DNA of 64,000 nucleotides from Candidatus Aenigmatarchaeota archaeon (GTDB lineage Archaea; Aenigmatarchaeota; Aenigmatarchaeia; QMZP01; QMZT01). Under the pieces are notes generated by a model. The model was given only the letters and a program-made list of their open reading frames with translations, was not told where the DNA came from and did no database searches. Every line of letters starts with the position of its first letter. Positions within the stretch are counted from its first letter, which is position 1. The stretch is taken from NCBI GenBank assembly GCA_963726265.1, contig CAVSBQ010000002.1, forward strand, positions 1,041,252 to 1,105,251, written 5' to 3'. Made by a program: the position numbers and the translations under genes. Below are positions 57,835 through 64,000 of the stretch, piece by piece.

Positions 57835-58782
57835 ATGCAGCTTGAAATCTGGACCGAGAAATACCGCCCGAAAACGCTGGACGAGGTCATAGACCAGAAG
57901 CACGTCGTATCGCGCCTTAAGGCGTGGGTCAAGAAGGGCTCGTTCCCTCACATGCTTTTCGCAGGCCCGGCGGGCGTGGGGAAAACGACGATTGCCCTGT
58001 GCCTCGCCCGCGACATGTTCGGCGAGAACTGGAAGCACAATTTTCAGGAGACGAACGCGAGCGATGAAAGGGGGATCAACATAGTCCGCGGCCGCATAAA
58101 GGACTTCGCGCGCATGAAGTCGCTGGGAGCGGACTTCAAGATAATCTTCCTCGACGAGTCCGACGCGCTCACGCCGGAGGCGCAGCAGGCGCTCCGCCGC
58201 ACGATGGAGCGCTTCTCCGACTCGTGCAGGTTCATTCTCTCGTGCAACTATTCCAGCAGGATAATCGAGCCGATACAATCGCGCACGTCCGTTTTTCGTT
58301 TTAAGCGCCTCACCGAGGAGAGCGTCAGGGAATACGCTCTTAGGATTGCGAAGGGCGAGGGCCTTTCAGTCTCTGACGACGCCCTCAAAGCGATATTCGA
58401 AATCTCCGAGGGCGATCTGAGGAAGGCGGCGAATCTTCTCCAGTCTAGCTCCGCGCTCGGAAAGGTCACGAAAGAGGCGATTTACGAGGCCGCGGCCCAG
58501 TCGAAGCCCGAGGACATAAAGCACATGATAGAGAGCGCGCTCGCCGGCAAGTTCGCGGAGGCGAGGAAGAAGCTTTTCGAGATGCTCATCACCCAGGGGC
58601 TTTCGGGCGAGGATGTGATAAAGGGGATACACAGGGAGGTCTTCGACCTCAAGCTTCCCGAGGAAAAGAAAATCCAGCTGGTCGAGAAGATCGGGGAATT
58701 CGAGTTCCGCCTCAATCAGGGCGGCTCGCCAGAGATACAGTTGGAAGCGCTGCTAGCGCAATTCATGAAGCACGGGAAATGA
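57835..58782 (+). CDS. rfcS: replication factor C small subunit
   Basis: WTEKYRP, GPAGVGKTT, NASDERG, LDESD, IQSR. Confidence 0.97.
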   Translation: MQLEIWTEKYRPKTLDEVIDQKHVVSRLKAWVKKGSFPHMLFAGPAGVGKTTIALCLARDMFGENWKHNFQETNASDERGINIVRGRIKDFARMKSLGADFKIIFLDESDALTPEAQQALRRTMERFSDSCRFILSCNYSSRIIEPIQSRTSVFRFKRLTEESVREYALRIAKGEGLSVSDDALKAIFEISEGDLRKAANLLQSSSALGKVTKEAIYEAAAQSKPEDIKHMIESALAGKFAEARKKLFEMLITQGLSGEDVIKGIHREVFDLKLPEEKKIQLVEKIGEFEFRLNQGGSPEIQLEALLAQFMKHGK

Positions 58783-58784
58783 AC

Positions 58785-59060
58785 TTATGGTCCTATCCCG
58801 CGCGAAGCCGCCCATGCGTAGAATTCGTCTTGAAATTTCTCTATAGGTGGCCTGCCTGAACGACGATTTCTGCGGAAAGAAAAATTATGTCGCGTTGTGG
58901 CAGCCGGTTCTGGTGAAAATTCATCCAAATAGAATGGATGGCTGCGAAAATCGGTATTGAGTCTGAATATTTCCCTTACGGGTGAAACGTGTACTGGTGA
59001 AGGACCTCCAACATATACAAGTTTCAGATTGTTGGGATTATTGTAGTCAATTCCAAACAT
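58785..59060 (-). CDS. hypothetical protein (AT-rich orphan)
   Basis: 91-aa ORF with TTTATAAA upstream. Confidence 0.55.
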   Translation of the reverse strand: MFGIDYNNPNNLKLVYVGGPSPVHVSPVREIFRLNTDFRSHPFYLDEFSPEPAATTRHNFSFRRNRRSGRPPIEKFQDEFYAWAASRGIGP

Positions 59061-59136
59061 GATTATTATTGCACTTCAGCCTTTATAAATGTTACTATAT
59101 GTGAGTAGTCACATTTATAGTAATAATTTGGCTCAT

Positions 59137-59853
59137 CTAGCCCGGTTTATCGAGTTCGAACCTGACTCTCCACGTCTCCTTGCCCTTGTTATCGAGCCTG
59201 GTTATCCTGATGTGGCCGATTTCTTCCGTATTGGCAACATGCGTCCCGCCGCATGGGACCTTATCGACGCCTTCAACCTCGACGATGCGGATATCCTTAA
59301 TCGTCTCCGGCAGGCGGGCGAACAGGTGTCGTCTCCGCTCGTCGATGTTCTTCAGGACGTCGTCCCTCGTGGTGAAATAGATTTTCACCGGCAGCACGCG
59401 GTCGACGACTTCGTTGAACTTCCTGGTGATTATTTCTATGAAATCGGTAGGCGGGGTGATGGGATTGAAGTCGATGCGCGAGTAATCGAGCTCTATCTGG
59501 TTCCCTGCAGTCGACGAGCCCCAGAGGTCGAGGACTATCGCGGAAAGCACGTGCTGCGCCGTGTGCATGCGCATGAACGTGTGGCGCTTCTCCCAGTCTA
59601 TCGTTCCCCTGACAAGCGTTTCGTGGACGGGCGTTTCGGTGAAGTGCTTGACCACGCCCGCGTCTTTCTGCACGCTGGTCACGCGGATGTCATTCAGCGT
59701 GCCTGTATCGCTGTTCTGCCCGCCTCCCAGCGGATAAAAAGCGGTCCTGTCAAGGACGACGAACGCCCTTCCGCTGTCCTCGCCGCGCTGGATGACCCTC
59801 GCCTCGAATTCCCTGAGGTAACAATCCCTCATGTAAAGCATTTCCGTGTGCAT
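59137..59853 (-). CDS. alaX: AlaX-M trans-editing deacylase
   Basis: FYPLGGGQ, HTAQH, CGGTH. Confidence 0.94.
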   Translation of the reverse strand: MHTEMLYMRDCYLREFEARVIQRGEDSGRAFVVLDRTAFYPLGGGQNSDTGTLNDIRVTSVQKDAGVVKHFTETPVHETLVRGTIDWEKRHTFMRMHTAQHVLSAIVLDLWGSSTAGNQIELDYSRIDFNPITPPTDFIEIITRKFNEVVDRVLPVKIYFTTRDDVLKNIDERRRHLFARLPETIKDIRIVEVEGVDKVPCGGTHVANTEEIGHIRITRLDNKGKETWRVRFELDKPG

Positions 59854-59902
59854 ATCCTTAGTTACAGGCTGGACTTAAAAAATTTTCTGCTATATTAAAA
59901 TC

Positions 59903-60448
59903 GTGAAAGACGAAAAAGAAAAACTGGACGCACTCTATTCAGATGACGCCCCGCCTTTAGTTCCGCGGGGAGAAAGTAAAAAAGGCGGGATCAGAAAAGT
60001 TTTTCGCCGCTGGGCGGATTCTTACAGAGGCATGACACTAAACGCTTCTCTGAAGGCGCTCAAGTTCATAGATAAAAACAGGGACAAACTGCAGAGAATA
60101 GACAATGTACTGAAATACACGTGGTTCATATACATGGGCTTGTCAGTCGCGGATAACCTGGGCACATATCTTATTGGCAATGGACCGTCCAACGAGGTGA
60201 CAGGCCACGTGAGATGGTTAATGGAGAATTATGGTTCCAGGGACGGCCTTCTGCTGAACTCGCTCATAGATTTCACGCTGCTCGGAATCATCTACAAGAG
60301 CGGCGACTACATCGAGAGAAAGGCGATAAAGGAAAACCCTCAGTTAGGATCACTCCCGCTTTTCAGAAACACGATACCATACATCTTCCTACCGGTCGAA
60401 GGAGCATATCACGCAAAAGGTTTCCTCAGTTGTCTTCCCTATTTCTAG
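59903..60448 (+). CDS. hypothetical membrane-associated protein
   Basis: hydrophobic segments; DxxxTY...NE pattern. Confidence 0.6.
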   Translation: MKDEKEKLDALYSDDAPPLVPRGESKKGGIRKVFRRWADSYRGMTLNASLKALKFIDKNRDKLQRIDNVLKYTWFIYMGLSVADNLGTYLIGNGPSNEVTGHVRWLMENYGSRDGLLLNSLIDFTLLGIIYKSGDYIERKAIKENPQLGSLPLFRNTIPYIFLPVEGAYHAKGFLSCLPYF

Positions 60449-60449
60449 T

Positions 60450-61349
60450 TCAGAAATTCTTCTTCAGGAAGGCGGCTGCCTGCTTTATGACCGAGAATTT
60501 GGTCACCGGCGTCTCGATGGTGTCGCTGGAATAGTATTCGTCCGATTCGTCGCGTATCAGCTCTATCGAGTCCTTCCTGAACTGGCCGTTGTAGACCGAG
60601 AGCGCGTGTATGGCGATGCAGATGATCCTGCGCGCGTGGGCGTTCCTGCCCATCTGCACGGCCTTGAACATCGTGCCTCCCGAAGACGTGATGTCGTCGA
60701 AGATTATGAGGTCCTTGCCGCTGAGGTCGGGGAATGCCGCCGACGACTCTATCTGGCCGGTTACATAATCCCTCTTCTTGTAGACGGTGAGCGTCTCGCC
60801 GTTTATCGCCTTCGCCAGCGTTTCGACGTTGCCTTTCGTCGTCATGTCCGGCGCTATCACGACCGGGCTTCTGAAATCGTTCCTTTGCCTCAGGAAGGCC
60901 GCGGCTGAAAGCGTGGCGTCTATGTTGTATACACCCTTCGTTACCCACCCCTCCTTCCTGAAGTCGTGGCTCATGACGTTGACCATAAGGTCGCATTTCT
61001 CTGACAGCGCCTTGCGCACGCTCTTGAGCGAAACGACCTCGCCTTCCGTGAATTCCTTGTCCTGGCGCGCATAGGGCAGGTAGGGCAGCAGGAGGCATGT
61101 CTTCTTCGCGCCCAGCTCATTCAGCTTGTCGAGGACGAACAGCGCTTCGGTGAACATCTTGTCCTGGTTGATCCCAGGCGTCTTGCCACGCACGACGAGC
61201 ACGACCTTCTGGCCCTTCACCGTGTCGGGCTTCATGACCCTGAAATGGCTCTCGCCGTCGGGGAATACCCGGGTCTCCACTTTCACGAACTTCGCCTTCA
61301 TTTCCCCGGCCAGCTTCTCCGAGAACGAGTCCCTGCCTACTATTATCAT
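60450..61349 (-). CDS. prs: ribose-phosphate pyrophosphokinase
   Basis: FPDGE, PYLPYARQDK, IAPD, DDITSSGGT. Confidence 0.94.
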   Translation of the reverse strand: MIIVGRDSFSEKLAGEMKAKFVKVETRVFPDGESHFRVMKPDTVKGQKVVLVVRGKTPGINQDKMFTEALFVLDKLNELGAKKTCLLLPYLPYARQDKEFTEGEVVSLKSVRKALSEKCDLMVNVMSHDFRKEGWVTKGVYNIDATLSAAAFLRQRNDFRSPVVIAPDMTTKGNVETLAKAINGETLTVYKKRDYVTGQIESSAAFPDLSGKDLIIFDDITSSGGTMFKAVQMGRNAHARRIICIAIHALSVYNGQFRKDSIELIRDESDEYYSSDTIETPVTKFSVIKQAAAFLKKNF

Positions 61350-61450
61350 TAGGAATTCTTGTAGCGGCGATATAAAAAATTTAGCCATCGCAGGCGCGCG
61401 CTAAACCCGCGAAACTCAAACTTTTTAATCAGCCAGCGCAATTCTTTATC

Positions 61451-61705
61451 ATGGCCGAAGAAAAAAGGGAGGAGAAGAAATCCCAGGAAAGGAAGGATGA
61501 GGAAGAGCAGGCCTCGCTGTGGTGGCTGTTTCTTCCGATATTTCTGGGCGCGGCCGGAGGCTGGTATGCCTGGCAGCAGCACAAGAATAGGGAGAGGGAG
61601 TTCGCCAGGATCATGCTTATACTGGGCATCGTGTTCACCGTCATAATCGTCCTGTTCTACATCTGGTATGCCCTGGGCATAAGGATACAGGTAGTCCGCA
61701 TCTGA
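61451..61705 (+). CDS. small 2-TM membrane protein
   Basis: LWWLFLPIFLGAAGG; second TM. Confidence 0.72.
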   Translation: MAEEKREEKKSQERKDEEEQASLWWLFLPIFLGAAGGWYAWQQHKNREREFARIMLILGIVFTVIIVLFYIWYALGIRIQVVRI

Positions 61706-61783
61706 GGCCGCAGCCGCTCCGCTTGCCGGCGCGACGCGCCGGGTTTTAAATAACGTTTGCCCATAATATAAACAGGTGATTTT

Positions 61784-61939
61784 TTGCTCTGCCCCCTTGT
61801 TTCAATCGGAAGAAAGGATAAGGCCGAATGCGACGAAACCAAATGCGCTTTCTGGTGCAACCATGAATGCGTCATAGCAGGGTTCATGAGAAGCTTCGTG
61901 AGAGGCGAAGCGCCTGAAAGGTATGAACCAGGCCTGTAA
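61784..61939 (+). CDS. 51-aa Cys-rich microprotein (TTG start; not in ORF track)
   Basis: AGGTGA SD; MLCPL...ECDETKCAFWCNHEC. Confidence 0.6.
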   Translation: MLCPLVSIGRKDKAECDETKCAFWCNHECVIAGFMRSFVRGEAPERYEPGL

Positions 61940-61969
61940 GCCGTAAAATAGAAACTAAATCGTCATGAG

Positions 61970-62485
61970 CTAGCTGCTTATGCCCATGACGTCGTTTATT
62001 GTAAGGCCCTTTATATCGCCGCTCTTGACGCCCTCCACCAGCCTCTTGTCAAGGCCGGTAAAATTGCCGGTTTCAGACCTGCCTTTCAGCTCCAGCGCTA
62101 GCTCGTAGCTGACGTAGACCGTCTTCTGCGGCGCCTCGGAGGTCTCGTAAATTTTCCCGCCCTCAAGCCTGAAGTTCTGGCAGTAGCTGTAGTCTTTGAA
62201 GACGCAGAATTTTATCGGGTTGCCGAGCTTGCTGAGCATGCCGAGCGATGCGCCCAGGTCGCTGCCGTTCATCTGCGATACCCAGCCGGCGAGCTCCGTG
62301 TTCGTTTTCATGTCAGCTTCGGGCACGTTCGGCGGCGCCTGCGAGAAAAGGAAGTTTATCAGGTCCGCGAAGCCTATCTGCTCCCCGGCGACTTCGGTTA
62401 TGGGGAAGTTCGTGACGTAGAGCCCGCCGAACACGGCGGCTATAACAAGCGGTATTAACAAAACTAGCATGACGATGCCTTTCAT
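61970..62485 (-). CDS. membrane-anchored hypothetical protein
   Basis: N-terminal TM; host-like codon usage. Confidence 0.72.
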   Translation of the reverse strand: MKGIVMLVLLIPLVIAAVFGGLYVTNFPITEVAGEQIGFADLINFLFSQAPPNVPEADMKTNTELAGWVSQMNGSDLGASLGMLSKLGNPIKFCVFKDYSYCQNFRLEGGKIYETSEAPQKTVYVSYELALELKGRSETGNFTGLDKRLVEGVKSGDIKGLTINDVMGISS

Positions 62486-62522
62486 CCTTCCCACCTCTGC
62501 GACGGCCCTCTTTCGCTTCTTG

Positions 62523-62720
62523 CTATCTGCAGCATTTCTTGGCCAGGAGGAAGACGCCCAGTATGAAGAAAATTATAGTCCAGCTGCCCACGCCCGCTAT
62601 GAAACCGACATCGCGCGCGAGTAACAGCAGTCCTATTATCAAGAGGGCAATTCCCAATGTGGCTCCATGCGTTCCATGGCAGCAGCAGTGGTCGCTTTCC
62701 TTGTTTTCTTTGGATGCCAT
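62523..62720 (-). CDS. small 2-TM protein (LiaI/DUF5668-like)
   Basis: GIALLIIGLLLLARDVG...WTIIFFILGVFLL. Confidence 0.65.
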   Translation of the reverse strand: MASKENKESDHCCCHGTHGATLGIALLIIGLLLLARDVGFIAGVGSWTIIFFILGVFLLAKKCCR

Positions 62721-62851
62721 GATTATATTTATTGCCAACCACTTAAAATAAGCAAGCCCCATGAGGACGTTAGAACTGAATTCCCATTTAGAAGGTTTCT
62801 TTGGAGTGGTTAGGACTTTGGTTTAAAAGATTTTGTTTGGACATGGATATG

Positions 62852-63421
62852 CTAGCTAATTGAAGGTATTACTTTCAGGCCCATGCCCTCCAGTCTTTTC
62901 TTTAATTTTCCGAGGGCTTTGTGTATATCTTCAATGTTCCTGCCGCCCGCACATATTATTTTTCCTGATCCGAAAAGAAGGAAAACTATCCTAGGATCCC
63001 TCATCCTGTAGACTAGTCCGGGAAATCTTTCAGGGTCGTACTCAACTTCGTCCATTCGTATTGCCATATCCTCCAGCATCAGCTTCGGTTTTGCTTCAAT
63101 CTTTGTTGAGGCGACTATGTTTTCAATTATTATCGTGAATTTTTTGGGCATCGGTATTCCTGCCTTTCTTATGTCGTCCACCACCTTATTTGTTGCCTCC
63201 TTTGCCATTTCTGTTGTTTTCGCTCCTGTGCACACAATCTTTCCCGTGGAGAATATGAGTGCGGAAGCTCTCGGATTGCTTATCCTGTAGACCAGACCAG
63301 GGAAACGTTCTGGATTGTATTCCGTGTTATTCATCTTTTCAACAAGCTTGTTAAGAGAAATTTTTCTGTTAAGAACTGCAAATGCCACGACGTTTTCTAT
63401 CTTGACCTGAAATTTAACCAT
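62852..63421 (-). CDS. tbp: TATA-box binding protein
   Basis: two repeats IEN(V/I)VA...Y(N/D)PERFPGLVYR...F.(T/S)GKI.C.G. Confidence 0.96.
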   Translation of the reverse strand: MVKFQVKIENVVAFAVLNRKISLNKLVEKMNNTEYNPERFPGLVYRISNPRASALIFSTGKIVCTGAKTTEMAKEATNKVVDDIRKAGIPMPKKFTIIIENIVASTKIEAKPKLMLEDMAIRMDEVEYDPERFPGLVYRMRDPRIVFLLFGSGKIICAGGRNIEDIHKALGKLKKRLEGMGLKVIPSIS

Positions 63422-63505
63422 GAAAAAGTTTATCTGTATCATCTAATTAAAACAATAGAAAGCCCCAGAAGGCAAGACACTGATTCCGTGGGGATTGGCA
63501 CATTA

Positions 63506-63982
63506 TTATTTCATCATTTTCCGGAGGCGTTCCGGAAGACGCTGTGATTGCCAATCTTGCCATGTCTGCCTTAGATTTTTTGGAAGACGTCGTGTTTGCC
63601 AGTCGCGTTCTCTAACAATTTTAACCCCGGCATTGGCAGGGTTAGCTGCTGCAACGGCTTTGAGAGCATAGTAAGCAGCGCCGAATGCATGTTGGGTAAC
63701 ATGCGCGGTCGCCACCGCTTGGCCCGCTGCACGAGCAGCGAAACGAGCAGCGCTGTCCTCTTCGGCTTCGCGAGCAGCGGCGTGAGCGTCGAGCGAGGCC
63801 TTGCGTATATCGGCCATCTTAAACACGCCTGTGCGTGCCCATTCACGACATGCCTCAATCGCTTTCCGCGGACGGTCATCACCCGTACATTCTTTCTCGA
63901 AATAAGGAAGCACGTGCTCTGCGCAGTCGGCAGCCCAGAGCGTCAGCGGCCTCTGTCTATCCTTCAAGTTCTCTTTTGTCAT
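63506..63982 (-). CDS. Imm5-like putative immunity protein
   Basis: WAADCAEHVLPYF...DDRPRKAI...AHAAAR...AARAAGQAVATAHV..HA...ERDWQ. Confidence 0.82.
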   Translation of the reverse strand: MTKENLKDRQRPLTLWAADCAEHVLPYFEKECTGDDRPRKAIEACREWARTGVFKMADIRKASLDAHAAAREAEEDSAARFAARAAGQAVATAHVTQHAFGAAYYALKAVAAANPANAGVKIVRERDWQTRRLPKNLRQTWQDWQSQRLPERLRKMMK

Positions 63983-64000
63983 TGATACCAAGAAATCCCA

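Overview
Gene-dense archaeal chromosomal window in the standard genetic code. It is most consistent with a DPANN-type archaeon (Aenigmarchaeota-like; this is an inference from gene content, split operons and leaderless genes). Core genes are GC-rich and are interspersed with AT-rich single-gene orphans. Housekeeping content: ribosomal proteins (uL16, uS5-uL30-uL15-secY, L7Ae-eS28-eL24), EF-1beta, Cdc48, CysRS, AlaX, RFC large and small subunits, Trm56, TtuA plus a ubiquitin-like sulfur carrier, Bud32, TBP, PRPP synthase and GMP synthase B. There are five tRNAs, three with introns; tRNA-Glu and tRNA-Leu each carry two BHB introns. Items worth follow-up: (1) a partial group-4 membrane-bound [NiFe]-hydrogenase cluster with its HycI protease; (2) a ~6.2 kb surface-protein island between cysS and rfcL whose genes are mosaics of GC-rich and AT-rich blocks, with a repeated ATGTTTAAAC site and an AbrB-like gene; (3) a membrane-proteostasis neighbourhood (HTH-cdc48 operon with tandem operator-like repeats, site-2 protease, GIDE-domain plus LemA, HtpX); (4) a three-gene Mg-type NRAMP / microprotein / soluble MgtE-sensor operon; (5) a SecY with an extra hydrophobic hairpin; (6) Fap7/AK6-dephospho-CoA kinase and RHH-nucleotidyltransferase fusions; (7) a K-turn covering the L7Ae Shine-Dalgarno site. 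Six genes are broken by small indels that look like assembly errors. No CRISPR array, rRNA, integrase, transposase or reverse transcriptase was seen. All family calls come from motif recognition by eye, not database searches.
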